DNA of 64,000 bases, taken from assembly GCA_043798915.1 (NCBI GenBank), contig JAZDOG010000102.1, forward strand, positions 14,249 to 78,248, given 5' to 3'. This DNA comes from Pseudomonadota bacterium (GTDB lineage Bacteria; UBA10199; 2-02-FULL-44-16; JAAZCA01). Position 1 is the first letter of the stretch. The number at the start of each line of letters is the position of its first letter. Positions 21,708 through 36,492 of the stretch are shown one piece after another. The notes below the pieces were generated by a model. That model was given only the letters and a program-made list of their open reading frames with translations. It did no database searches and was not told where the DNA came from. Made by a program: the position numbers and the translations under genes.

Positions 21708-21741
21708 TTCCTCCGCATTACAAATAAGTTATACATATCAA

Positions 21742-22548
21742 CTAGTTATTATCGAAAACTCGTGGAGACTCGGTTGCAACAGAAGAAACAGCCGTTCCCA
21801 GGACCTCTCGCGCGAGGTCGAAATAGCTGGTCGCGCCCTTCGAACTGACGTCGTATAAAAGAATCGGTTTGCCATGGCTCGGGGCTTCGCTGAGCCTCAC
21901 ATTTCGGGGTATCACGACATGAAAGACCGACTCCTTGAAATGGCCGCGGATCTCCTGTTGGACCTGGTGTGAAAGATTGTTTCTCGCATCAAACATCGTG
22001 AGCACGATACCCCTGATCCTCAATTTTGGATTGATTCTTCCCTTTACGAGCGAAATCGTCCGCTGAAGATCGGCTATCCCCTCCATGGCATAGTATTCAC
22101 ACTGCACAGGGATAAGCACCGACTCGGCTGCGGCGAGGGCGTTGAGCGTCACGAGACCGAGCGAGGGGGGACAGTCCATTATCACAAAATCGTAATCATC
22201 CCTTATCGCGTCGATGTGAAAACGGAGACGTGTTTCACGTGAAACAACTCCGACGAGCTCTATCTCGGCACCGACCAGCGACGGGTTCGATGGCACCATC
22301 TTGAGATGGGTGAGATCTGTAGGCTGAACTATGGATGCGATATCGACGCCGTCGACCAGCACATTATATATGCTCTGGCTGATATGATGCTTGTCGAGGC
22401 CCATCCCGGTGGTGGCATTTCCTTGTGCGTCGAGATCTATGAGGAGGGTCCGCTTTTCAGCGGCTGCAAGCGCAGCGGAAAGATTGATGGCGGTCGTCGT
22501 CTTGCCCACACCGCCCTTTTGATTGCATATGGCTATGACTTCTGCCAT
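21742..22548 (-). CDS. parA: chromosome partitioning ATPase ParA/Soj
   Basis: Deviant Walker A NQKGGVGKTTTAINLSAALA; 268 aa; immediately upstream of parB. Confidence 0.93.
   Translation of the reverse strand: MAEVIAICNQKGGVGKTTTAINLSAALAAAEKRTLLIDLDAQGNATTGMGLDKHHISQSIYNVLVDGVDIASIVQPTDLTHLKMVPSNPSLVGAEIELVGVVSRETRLRFHIDAIRDDYDFVIMDCPPSLGLVTLNALAAAESVLIPVQCEYYAMEGIADLQRTISLVKGRINPKLRIRGIVLTMFDARNNLSHQVQQEIRGHFKESVFHVVIPRNVRLSEAPSHGKPILLYDVSSKGATSYFDLAREVLGTAVSSVATESPRVFDNN
22231..22246. promoter_or_regulatory. parS site (inside the parA coding sequence)
   Basis: Perfect 16-bp palindrome tgtttcacgtgaaaca, matching the canonical parS consensus. Confidence 0.85.
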
Positions 22549-22605
22549 CGGACCCCCACGTTGAATCTTTTCTAGGTTGTTTTATCTGAAAGTGCAATGG
22601 AAAAT

Positions 22606-22621
22606 TGTTTCACGTGAAACA
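22606..22621. promoter_or_regulatory. parS site (upstream of parA)
   Basis: Perfect tgtttcacgtgaaaca, 58 nt upstream of the parA start. Confidence 0.85.
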
Positions 22622-22683
22622 ATTGCCATAAAACTATATTAAATTAGTTATTTAACCAATAATATCAACGAGTTAGCTTTGGT

Positions 22684-22784
22684 GTCATTGCGAGGAGCGA
22701 AGCGACGTGGCAATCCCGTGCTAACCACTGTTTTAAGGGGATCGCCACGTCGCTCCAAGTCTATCAAGGGCTCCTCGCGATGAC
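22684..22784. repeat. family-2 nested inverted repeat
   Basis: The outer arms gtcattgcgaggagc / gctcctcgcgatgac pair. The inner arms gcgacgtggcaatccc / gggatcgccacgtcgc pair apart from one mismatch (a vs c). A right-half copy lies at 48124-48164. Confidence 0.8.
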
Positions 22785-22882
22785 AGCCCGGCTCGAGAAC
22801 AATCTTCATTTGAGCACAAAAAAACACAACTCACCCCTTGACTATGGGGAGACAGGTATTATATGAAGACCAACTGAAGCCG

Positions 22883-22909
22883 TTAGCACTCAACTGCAAC
22901 AAGTGCCAA
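22883..22909 (+). promoter_or_regulatory. CIRCE-like HrcA operator upstream of groES
   Basis: ttagcactc-N9-aagtgccaa versus the consensus TTAGCACTC-N9-GAGTGCTAA (left arm 9/9, right arm 7/9), about 50 nt before the groES ATG. A ttgact -35 at 22838 and tatatg about 16 nt downstream could be the promoter. Confidence 0.6.
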
Positions 22910-22961
22910 CAATAAAAATCGATTAGTTGTTAATAACTTAACAACCACAAGGAGGAAGGGT

Positions 22962-23261
22962 ATGGCAACATCAAAGATCAGACCGCTGCAGGACCGCATC
23001 CTGGTCAAACGCCTCAATGAAGAGGAGAAGACCAAGGGCGGAATCATCATCCCCGACTCGGCGAAAGAAAAACCGCAGGAGGGCGAGGTCATCGCCGTGG
23101 GCAACGGCAAGGTGCTCGAGAATGGCACAAAGGTTCAGCTCGACGTGAAGATCGGAGATCGCATCCTGTTCTCAAAATATTCCGGCTCAGAAGTGAAGAT
23201 CGACGGCAACGAGTACACGATCATGCGCGAAGACGACGTCCTCGGCATCCTCACGAATTGA
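22962..23261 (+). CDS. groES: co-chaperonin GroES
   Basis: 99 aa; [42 protein letters not shown] is canonical. Confidence 0.97.
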   Translation: MATSKIRPLQDRILVKRLNEEEKTKGGIIIPDSAKEKPQEGEVIAVGNGKVLENGTKVQLDVKIGDRILFSKYSGSEVKIDGNEYTIMREDDVLGILTN

Positions 23262-23296
23262 TCAGCAGACAAAAAATTAAACTGGTGCACAAATAA

Positions 23297-24952
<1,656 letters not shown>

Positions 24953-24987
24953 TTGGAGCGGCTTAAGCTTTATTCTGAGAAATACAG

Positions 24988-25021
24988 GGCGGCATCCTCA
25001 AATTGGATGCCGCCTTTTTTT
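24988..25021 (+). terminator. rho-independent terminator after groEL
   Basis: 10-bp stem ggcggcatcc/ggatgccgcc, 7-nt loop, followed by seven T. Confidence 0.85.
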
Positions 25022-25132
25022 GTTCGATGGCTCTTCTTGACGTCAATAAAATCAACGTGTTACTATGCCGCGTTCAGTTGCTGGCTGGCTCTCATCGCAA
25101 GGAGCTTTAGCGGCGTGACAATCCTTTTGAAA

Positions 25133-26824
25133 ATGATATCGCGAGCGGCCCTTGCGGGCATCGTCTTTGTTTCGCTCGCTGCATCCGCATCCGCATCCGA
25201 TTTCTCCCTGCATGGTTATTACAGGAACCGCGTCGTAGCCAACGACAACCTGGATCTGCAGAACAAAAATTCAGGCATTGCACACAGCAACGATCGCTTC
25301 GGCTTCATACAATATAACCAGATGCGGCTTCGGCTCGAGCCCAGCTTCAAGCTGAACGACAACCTCTCCCTCCATGCCCAGTTCGACGTCCTCGACAACA
25401 TCGTCTTCGGAACGAAGGACACCCGCCAGCTGCAGATCACCGCTCCAATCGTCGGGAACCAGACTCTGCCCGCCGGCGGGGGATCGTTCTACATGACAGG
25501 CCCCTCCACGATGGGCGAAAACGGCGCGATCAACGTGCGCCGCATCTGGGCGGACATACTGACGCCCGTCGGAAAGTTCCGCATCGGTCGGCAGCCGTCG
25601 CACTGGGGGCTCGGCATATTCCAGAACGACGGAAACGAGCTGCAGGGCGATTTCGGCGACACGGCAGACCGCATACTCTACCTCCTGCAGTACGATATAC
25701 CCGACGCGGGCTCGTTAACAGGCGGGCTCTTCTGGGATATCGCCTATTCGGCGCAGTGGGATCCGCGCACCGACACGAGGATGACCTCCGTCGCCATGCC
25801 TTCGCACAACAGGGATACGCAGCAGTTCGGCGGCCTGTTTTTGTTCGACCGGCCGGAGGTCTCCGCGGGGCTCTTTGGGGGCATGCGCTACAGAAACGGG
25901 CCCGATGGAGCGACGACGATGACGGCAACGGATGCGCTTGGCACTCCCACCGCTGCCGGAATCGACGGCGACACGCTTCTCTACTTCATAGATCTCTATG
26001 GTCGCTACGCGTTGGAAAACTACACGTTCAAGCTCGAGGGCGTCTTCGTCGGCGGGAAGGTGACGACCGGCCTTGCGCTCAATGCCATACCGTTTGCGGG
26101 CCTCGGGGCAGGGCAGGGTATCATACAGCTGCCGCCTAAGCAGGACATGCGGGTCTTCAATGCCGCATTTGAGGTAGAGGGGCACTACAAGTTCGGCGGG
26201 GCATGGAAATTCCAGACTGGATATGCGGAGGGAGACGGTTCGCCGCTGTCTCAACGGGTCACACAGCTGGGATTCAGGCCCGACTACCAGATCGCCCTCA
26301 TCATGTTCGACATGCCGCTCGGCACCTCCCCGGCCCTCTATGGCGCCAAGGCAGGCGGCGGCGCGGCAACCCAGTTCCTGGCCGGCAACCAGCAGATCAC
26401 CGGCAACTTCATAAACAACGCGTTCTACGTCTCTGCCGGCTACAAACACACCTTCAACTTCAAGGGCAATGACTGGGTCGACTGGTTGAAGGTAGGTGGG
26501 AAGGTAACAACTGCCTGGGCGCCCCAGAAGAACACAAACATAAACTTTCAGGATCTCATCGCCCAGACCGGCAACTGGCCAGCCATCTCCGATACCGCCA
26601 ACTCCATGTTCAAGCGCTGGTACGGACTCGAGGTCGACGTCGCGGCTGAGGCCATGCTGTGGCAGCACTTCTATGCCGCGCTTGAGGGCGGCCTCCTGAT
26701 GCCCGGCAGGGCCTACGACATCAATGTCAATCTCTTCAACCCTGGCTCAATCGTGGATCCAATCCCCAATGACAAAGCTGAGTTGACGTGGATGATAAGG
26801 CTCTCGGCGATCATGGAATTCTAG
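25133..26824 (+). CDS. putative outer-membrane beta-barrel protein
   Basis: In-frame ATG at 25133 gives the signal peptide MISRAALAGIVFVSLAASASA. Gly/Tyr/Asn-rich alternating strands throughout. Terminal ...LSAIMEF (C-terminal Phe) is typical of BAM substrates. Family not recognised. Confidence 0.7.
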   Translation: MISRAALAGIVFVSLAASASASDFSLHGYYRNRVVANDNLDLQNKNSGIAHSNDRFGFIQYNQMRLRLEPSFKLNDNLSLHAQFDVLDNIVFGTKDTRQLQITAPIVGNQTLPAGGGSFYMTGPSTMGENGAINVRRIWADILTPVGKFRIGRQPSHWGLGIFQNDGNELQGDFGDTADRILYLLQYDIPDAGSLTGGLFWDIAYSAQWDPRTDTRMTSVAMPSHNRDTQQFGGLFLFDRPEVSAGLFGGMRYRNGPDGATTMTATDALGTPTAAGIDGDTLLYFIDLYGRYALENYTFKLEGVFVGGKVTTGLALNAIPFAGLGAGQGIIQLPPKQDMRVFNAAFEVEGHYKFGGAWKFQTGYAEGDGSPLSQRVTQLGFRPDYQIALIMFDMPLGTSPALYGAKAGGGAATQFLAGNQQITGNFINNAFYVSAGYKHTFNFKGNDWVDWLKVGGKVTTAWAPQKNTNINFQDLIAQTGNWPAISDTANSMFKRWYGLEVDVAAEAMLWQHFYAALEGGLLMPGRAYDINVNLFNPGSIVDPIPNDKAELTWMIRLSAIMEF

Positions 26825-26856
26825 CAAGCCGTTCACAAATCTGCCAGAAGCTAAGA

Positions 26857-27204
26857 TTATTTCACAACAATTGTCTGCGTGGATAACCCGCTATCGTTGC
26901 AGGTTGCGATGATACGAAACGTGTCGCCGGAACCGGCCGGGATGGCAAACGGCGACATCGCCTGATTGCGGTGGCTCGTCTGAAAATCGAAATCCCGTCT
27001 TGCAACCTCCGTCCCGTTTTTGAAGATCACGACTTCCTTGATAAAATGCCCGTTGCGGTCCGCCGCATGGTGCTGCACGGTGACGTGCAGCTTCTGATGC
27101 TCCAAATCATAGCTGGCGTGAATCGCATTGGGGGCATTAGCCATCAGGACGCCTGAAACCAGCATCCCTGCCACAAGCACGATGTAGAAGATTATCTTCA
27201 TCAT
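26857..27204 (-). CDS. small secreted Ig-fold protein, SoxZ/desulfoferrodoxin-like pattern (tentative)
   Basis: 115 aa with a signal peptide. HVTVQHHAADRNGHFIKEVVIFKNGTEV...SPFAIPAGSGDTFRIIATCNDSG resembles both the SoxZ (HPMETG...NG.EV...NP..SF...G......D..G) and SOR (HP....H.I..I, CN.HG) signatures. Assignment is from memory only. Confidence 0.4.
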   Translation of the reverse strand: MMKIIFYIVLVAGMLVSGVLMANAPNAIHASYDLEHQKLHVTVQHHAADRNGHFIKEVVIFKNGTEVARRDFDFQTSHRNQAMSPFAIPAGSGDTFRIIATCNDSGLSTQTIVVK

Positions 27205-27222
27205 TCTTATGAATGGAGCCAG

Positions 27223-27296
27223 CGCGCCCGGCAGGATTCGAACCTGCGACCCTCTGATCCGTAGTCAGATACTCTAATCCGCTGAGCTACGGGCGC
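27223..27296 (-). tRNA. tRNA-Arg (anticodon ACG)
   Basis: Folded by hand. Acceptor gcgcccg/cgggcgc, D arm gctc-agcggatta-gagt, anticodon arm tctga-ctACGga-tcaga, T arm gcagg-ttcgaat-cctgc, discriminator G. 74 nt, CCA not encoded. Confidence 0.9.
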
Positions 27297-27371
27297 GCTG
27301 ACTCCACCACACATCTCTGTAAACTCGGCCCGGCAGGGTAAACCAGCCGGCCTCAACCTGTCAAGCGCGCC

Positions 27372-31458
<4,087 letters not shown>

Positions 31459-31672
31459 CCACCGGCTTCGCATTTTGGTGTCCGCTATGAGCCCCAAGCC
31501 AAGGCGAATTTCGATGACCTGACGCCGGAGGATAAATATCGCGTCCTTGAGGCGCTCCGGGAGGATCCCTTCAAGAGCCGCCAGTTTCTGGCAAAGCTCC
31601 TCCCAACTCCGTTTCATCTATTCAACATCGCCCCCCTTGAAATGAAGCCTCATTCATGATAGTAAGTGCTCA

Positions 31673-32080
31673 ATGGTTGAATCGAAAAATATCGTGCTCC
31701 AGTGGATGGAGCGGGCCGATTACGATTTGAGTGCAGCGGCAGCGATGAGAAAAAGCGGCCACTTGCTTTATGTCGCCTTCATGTGTCAGCAAGCAGTGGA
31801 AAAAACGCTCAAGGCAACGTGGTGCCGCCGGCGCGACGATTCTCCTCCTTTCACACACAATCTGGCCACGCTGGCGGAGTCTCTTGGTCTGGACATATCT
31901 GAAAAACAAAAGATACTTCTCGATAGGCTTGGCCGGCACTATATTGTCGGCCGGTACCCCACCTTCAAACAGAAGCTGGCGTCGGCTCTGAACAAAGAAG
32001 ATGTGTCTGATATGCTCAAACAGACGGAGGATTTTGTAAAATGGTGCAGGAAATCTATCCCAACGTTGAAGAAGTCGTAA
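31673..32080 (+). CDS. HEPN domain protein (toxin of a HEPN-MNT pair)
   Basis: 135 aa. WMERADYDLSAAAAM..., FMCQQAVEKTLKA, THNLATLAESLG, HYIVGRYP are typical of the PF05168-type HEPN domain. Confidence 0.8.
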   Translation: MVESKNIVLQWMERADYDLSAAAAMRKSGHLLYVAFMCQQAVEKTLKATWCRRRDDSPPFTHNLATLAESLGLDISEKQKILLDRLGRHYIVGRYPTFKQKLASALNKEDVSDMLKQTEDFVKWCRKSIPTLKKS

Positions 32081-32376
32081 ATGCCTTCATAGCCGAGCTG
32101 AAAAAACGCGTGCATGTGCGAAGGGTGATTCTCTTTGGTTCCTATGCGCGCGGGACTCCAAGGCCGTGGAGCGATATCGACCTGGCCGTCATTTCATCAG
32201 ATTTTCATGGCGGGACAGAAGGGGATCATCTCCTATTGGCCGAGGTGGCACGCAGAATAACACCTCAGATAGAAGCCATCCCTTATCTGCCCGAGGATTT
32301 TGCCGGGTGCGACTCGAGGAGCTTCGAGGCTGATATCCTTCGAAACGGGAGGGTCATGTTCGACGAAGCGGCCTGA
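32041..32376 (+). CDS. minimal nucleotidyltransferase (MNT antitoxin partner)
   Basis: 111 aa; ILFGSYARGTPRPWSDIDLAVIS = GS-x10-DxD nucleotidyltransferase signature. Overlaps the HEPN gene by 40 nt. Confidence 0.8.
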   Translation: MVQEIYPNVEEVVNAFIAELKKRVHVRRVILFGSYARGTPRPWSDIDLAVISSDFHGGTEGDHLLLAEVARRITPQIEAIPYLPEDFAGCDSRSFEADILRNGRVMFDEAA

Positions 32377-32384
32377 CTCAGCAT

Positions 32385-32870
32385 TCACGCTATTTTGAGG
32401 CTCTTGAGGAACAGCTGGAAAGGTTTGTAGTATTCCTGGAACCTGTCGTCCGGGAAGCTGGCGGTCATGTTGATGGCGAGGTTGCCCTTGAGCAGGGTGA
32501 CCTGGACCTGCTTTACGATCTGGCCGGGCTTGATGTTCGGCGCAGGCGCGTTGGGCTGCTGCTGCTTCATCAGATCGGCCATCGCCGAGACGTCCCAGCT
32601 GCAGACCATCATCTTGCCGCGCACCCCGGAGATCGCGATGTCGCGCTCGTCGGAGATCTTCAAATCCTTTATGCCACGCTTCTCGATCGACTCCTTTATG
32701 CGGCCGAAATAGCTCGCCAGATCGATTTCCTTGGGAAGGTACTCCTTGGTGAGGATTACATTCGGCTTGACGTTGGGGTCGGGAGAGGGCAGCGTAAGAG
32801 TCAGCATCCCCTGAACGTTCCAGTCTTCCGGGGTCTCCGCAGCCAGCTCCGCCATCTCGATCCGTGGCAT
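32385..32870 (-). CDS. hypothetical protein (DUF1795/DcrB-like pattern, tentative)
   Basis: ORF track 32385..32960. The ATG at 32870 is preceded by caggaggg. 161 aa, no signal peptide. Confidence 0.55.
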   Translation of the reverse strand: MPRIEMAELAAETPEDWNVQGMLTLTLPSPDPNVKPNVILTKEYLPKEIDLASYFGRIKESIEKRGIKDLKISDERDIAISGVRGKMMVCSWDVSAMADLMKQQQPNAPAPNIKPGQIVKQVQVTLLKGNLAINMTASFPDDRFQEYYKPFQLFLKSLKIA

Positions 32871-32948
32871 GTGTCCCTCCTGAAATGGAGGTGAGGGATA
32901 ACACGGGCTTGAGAGGCTTAGCAAGCGGAATTGCCAAGGTGCGATCTT

Positions 32949-34082
32949 ATGGAAAACCATTTCACAGTTGAAAACAGGGACATCGGCCAGCGCCTCGACA
33001 AATGGCTCTGCACGCGACTACCCGGCTTATCGCGAAACCAGATCAAGTCGCTATTGGATGATGGGCGCATCCTCATCAACAACCGCCGGGTTGTGATCGC
33101 AGGCTGGGAGCTGGAGGCCGACGACGTGGTCGAGGTGAGGATCCCGCCGGACTTCGAGAAGAAGGCCGGGGGAGAAGGCTCCGTCCCCAGTCCGCAACAT
33201 GCCGCCCCGGCAAGCCCAGTCACGCCGGATGGGGCGGAGGTCCCCGCTGAAAAGGCCAAGATCAGGGCCTCGATCGAAAGGCATTTCACAAGGCAGAAGG
33301 ATCGGCACCACCGCAAACCCGAGGAGACAAAAAAAGAGAACAAGGAAAATAAGGAGGGCGCACAGTCGAGGCCCGGGCGCCTGAAGATATATCATGAGGA
33401 CAGGGACCTGATCGTAGTCGAGAAGCTGGCTGGTTTGCTCTCGGTTGCATCCCAGGAGGAGCGCGGGAGCCAGGACCTCGTGCGCGAGATCAAGGGCTAC
33501 ATGCGCCGGCGCCACCGCGGGAGCCAGCACTCTTTCGTCGCGCCTCTCCACCGGCTTGATGCGGAGACCAGCGGCATCATGGTCTTCGCACTCTCGAGGG
33601 AGGGACAGAAGCTCGAGCATCAATTCCGCGACCATTCGATCAGGCGCGAGTATACAGCCATAGCAGCCGGACGACTGGAAGAGGAAAAGGGAATCATAGA
33701 CATCCCGCTCGAAAAGGGTGACTTCCACGGCGGGAAGAAAGTGCGCAGCGCAGAAGGCGGCGGGAAGAGGGCGGTGACGGAATTCAGCGTCAAGGAGCGC
33801 TATCGCAACGCGACCCTCCTCGAACTCCGGGTGCGCACCGGCCGCACGCATCAGATCCGCGTCCATCTGGCTGAGAAGGGCTTTCCGCTGATAGGCGACA
33901 AGCTCTACGCCGACCGTGTGCCGGAGGGCATCCCGCCTTTCAGCCGGCACGCGCTCCACGCTCACTCGCTTGGCTTCCGTCATCCGGCGACCGGCAAAAA
34001 ACTGACCTTTCACTCTCCGCTGCCCCGGGACATGCGCGAGTTGATCGATAAGCTCCGCGAAGCTATTGCCAAGGGTGAATGA
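32949..34082 (+). CDS. RluA/RluD-family 23S rRNA pseudouridine synthase with an expanded charged linker
   Basis: N-terminal S4 domain (QRLDKWLCTRLPGLSRNQIKSLLDDGRILINNRRV), catalytic HRLDAETSGIMVFA motif, TGRTHQIRVHLA motif. A ~75-aa low-complexity insert separates the S4 and catalytic domains. Confidence 0.88.
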   Translation: MENHFTVENRDIGQRLDKWLCTRLPGLSRNQIKSLLDDGRILINNRRVVIAGWELEADDVVEVRIPPDFEKKAGGEGSVPSPQHAAPASPVTPDGAEVPAEKAKIRASIERHFTRQKDRHHRKPEETKKENKENKEGAQSRPGRLKIYHEDRDLIVVEKLAGLLSVASQEERGSQDLVREIKGYMRRRHRGSQHSFVAPLHRLDAETSGIMVFALSREGQKLEHQFRDHSIRREYTAIAAGRLEEEKGIIDIPLEKGDFHGGKKVRSAEGGGKRAVTEFSVKERYRNATLLELRVRTGRTHQIRVHLAEKGFPLIGDKLYADRVPEGIPPFSRHALHAHSLGFRHPATGKKLTFHSPLPRDMRELIDKLREAIAKGE

Positions 34083-34097
34083 TGATGTTGATTTTTG

Positions 34098-34178
34098 TGC
34101 CCAGGGCGGGACTCGAACCCGCATAGGTTGCCCCACACGCCCCTCAAACGTGCGCGTCTGCCATTCCGCCACCTGGGC
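34098..34178 (-). tRNA. tRNA-Leu (anticodon GAG)
   Basis: Folded by hand. Acceptor gcccagg/cctgggc, D arm gcgg-aatggcag-acgc, anticodon arm cacgt-ttGAGgg-gcgtg, long variable arm tggggcaacctat, T arm gcggg-ttcgagt-cccgc, discriminator A. 81 nt. Confidence 0.88.
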
Positions 34179-34202
34179 TAAAAAATTCGCAATACATTTT
34201 CC

Positions 34203-34517
34203 CTATTCGCTTTCCTTGGGCGTCTCTCCCAAAGGCGCTGCCGGCTCCGACTGCGCCGGCATCGCCTTGTCGATCACCGTCTGGACCGAGCGAGTCTTGG
34301 ATATCTGCGCAAGCCATATCGACGTGACGAGGAATGCGATCGCCATCCCGGCGGTCATCTTGCTCAGGAACGTCGCAGGGCCACGGCCTCCGAATACAGT
34401 CTGCGAGGCCCCGCCGAACACCGCTCCGATGTCCGCACCCTTGCCCACCTGCAAAAGGATCACGACGATCAAAAAGAAGCAGATCAAATAGTGGACTGTG
34501 ATCAATACCGTTTCCAT
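34203..34517 (-). CDS. secG: preprotein translocase subunit SecG
   Basis: 104 aa. Two TM segments with LLQVGKGADIGAVFGG... (SecG signature). Position after tpiA is the usual synteny. Confidence 0.88.
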   Translation of the reverse strand: METVLITVHYLICFFLIVVILLQVGKGADIGAVFGGASQTVFGGRGPATFLSKMTAGMAIAFLVTSIWLAQISKTRSVQTVIDKAMPAQSEPAAPLGETPKESE

Positions 34518-34526
34518 GTCATCCTC

Positions 34527-35288
34527 TCAATGCGCGCTGCGCACGATCGCAGCGAACTGTTTCGGGTCCAGCGATGCGCCGCCCACTAGCGCGCCGTCTA
34601 TATCCTCCTTCGACAGGAGTTCCCGGCTGTTGGACGGCTTGACGCTGCCACCGTATATTATCCTGATATTTTCCGCAACAGCCGCGCCGAAGGCCTTGGC
34701 AAAGTGTCTGCGGATGAGCGCGTGCACCTCCTGGGCCTGTTCTGGCGTTGCCGTGCGCCCTGTGCCGATCGCCCAGACCGGCTCGTAGGCGACGACGGCG
34801 CTTGCCGCGGCCTCCGCACTCATGCCCATGAGGCCCCCTTTAAGCTGGCGCTCTATGACATCCCACGTCCGGTTCGCTTCCCGCTCGCCGAGCGTCTCTC
34901 CCACGCAGAGGATCGGAATCAGGCCATGGCGCAGCGCCGCCCGAAACCGGCGATTCGCCGTTTCGTCGGTTTCGCCGAAGAGCTGCCTGCGTTCGGAGTG
35001 GCCGATCAGCGCGCAGCTGCACCCGACATCCCTGAGGAAGAGGCCCGATATCTCGCCCGTGTAGGCGCCCGAGTCCTCCCAGAAGATGTTCTGGGCGGCG
35101 AGCTTGAACTCCGTCTCGGCCAGCGCCACACCGATGGAATAGAGCGCGGTGAAGGGCGGGGCGATGACGACATCGACGTGCCCTGCGGCCTTGAGCTCGG
35201 ATGCGAGCGCGGCAACAAACTTGAGCGCCTCCGGGACCGTGTTGTTCATCTTCCAATTTGCGGCGATGAAGGATTTTCTCATATTCAC
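34527..35288 (-). CDS. tpiA: triosephosphate isomerase
   Basis: 253 aa; IAANWKMN, LIGHSERR, AYEPVWAIGTG, YGGSV motifs. Confidence 0.96.
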   Translation of the reverse strand: MNMRKSFIAANWKMNNTVPEALKFVAALASELKAAGHVDVVIAPPFTALYSIGVALAETEFKLAAQNIFWEDSGAYTGEISGLFLRDVGCSCALIGHSERRQLFGETDETANRRFRAALRHGLIPILCVGETLGEREANRTWDVIERQLKGGLMGMSAEAAASAVVAYEPVWAIGTGRTATPEQAQEVHALIRRHFAKAFGAAVAENIRIIYGGSVKPSNSRELLSKEDIDGALVGGASLDPKQFAAIVRSAH

Positions 35289-35294
35289 CCTTGG

Positions 35295-36482
35295 CTATTG
35301 CTCAAGTGCTGCTATTCCAGGCAGCTTCTTGCCTTCCAGAAATTCCAGCGACGCACCGCCGCCGGTGGATATATGGTTTATCTTGTCAGCCACGCCAGCC
35401 TTTGTCACGGCCGCCACGGAATCGCCGCCTCCCACGACCGATACGGCGGCGCTGTCCGCCACCGCCTGCGCCATCCGGTCCGTGCCGACGGAGAAGGGCG
35501 CGAGCTCGAAGACTCCCATCGGCCCGTTCCAGAAGATGGTGCCGGCCTTTTCGATCGCCGACGTGAATTTCGATATCGTCCTGGGGCCGATGTCCAGGCC
35601 CATCATCTCGTCCGGAATCGCCTGGCCCTCGGTCTCCTTGGGGAGCGCCTCCGCACTGCAGACCGAAGCGACGATGTGGTCGAGGGGAAGCATTATCTGG
35701 ATGCCCCTGGTCTCCGCACGTTCGAGTATGCGCCTGGCCGCGTGGATCTTCTCCTCCTCGACGAGCGATTTGCCGACCGCGATACCCTTGGCCTTGAGGA
35801 ATGTGTAGGCCATGCCGCCGCCGATCAGGAGCCTGTCGCAGATGTTCATCAGGTTCTCGACAACGCCCAGCTTGTCCGAGACCTTTGCCCCGCCGAGGAG
35901 CGCAACGAACGGCCGCGCCGGATTCTTGAGCAGGCGCGTGAGCGCCTCCACCTCGGCGCGCATGAGAAAGCCGGCGCCTTTCTGAGCAACATAAGGAACC
36001 ATCCCGACGGTGGATGCGTGAGCCCTGTGGGCGGTGCCGAAGGCGTCGTTCACGTAGACCTCGGCGAGCGAGGCCAGCTGTTTTGCGAAGGCGTCGCCGT
36101 TTGCCTCTTCCTCGGGATGAAAGCGCAGATTTTCGAGGAGCATGACCTGCCCCGGCGCAAGCTCGGATGCTAACTTCTTCACTGCATCGCCGACGCAGTC
36201 CTCCGGGTGCAGGACATCCACATCCCCCAGAAGCTCCGCGAGCCTCTCGCCCACCGGCCTCATCGAATATTTGGGGTTCAGTTTTCCCTTTGGCCGGCCC
36301 AAGTGCGACGCAAGGATGACCCTCGCGTTCTGTCCCAGGGCGTAGCGGATGGTGGGAAGCGCTGCGCGGATGCGCGTGTCATCGCTGATCGCCCCCCCTT
36401 CGTCCATGGCGACATTGAAATCCACGCGGATGAAAAGCCGCCTCTCCGCAATCTGCAGTTCGTCGATGTATTTGATGGTCAT
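35295..36482 (-). CDS. pgk: phosphoglycerate kinase
   Basis: 395 aa; RVDFNV, ASHLGRPKG, FENLRF-like LENLRFHPEEE, STGGGASLEFLEGK motifs. Confidence 0.96.
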   Translation of the reverse strand: MTIKYIDELQIAERRLFIRVDFNVAMDEGGAISDDTRIRAALPTIRYALGQNARVILASHLGRPKGKLNPKYSMRPVGERLAELLGDVDVLHPEDCVGDAVKKLASELAPGQVMLLENLRFHPEEEANGDAFAKQLASLAEVYVNDAFGTAHRAHASTVGMVPYVAQKGAGFLMRAEVEALTRLLKNPARPFVALLGGAKVSDKLGVVENLMNICDRLLIGGGMAYTFLKAKGIAVGKSLVEEEKIHAARRILERAETRGIQIMLPLDHIVASVCSAEALPKETEGQAIPDEMMGLDIGPRTISKFTSAIEKAGTIFWNGPMGVFELAPFSVGTDRMAQAVADSAAVSVVGGGDSVAAVTKAGVADKINHISTGGGASLEFLEGKKLPGIAALEQ

Positions 36483-36492
36483 AGAATGAAAC

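Noticed and set aside
31487-31522. Short plus-strand ATG ORF right after gyrB (MSPKPRRISMT*).
   Set aside because: It is only 11 codons long with no SD and no conservation argument.
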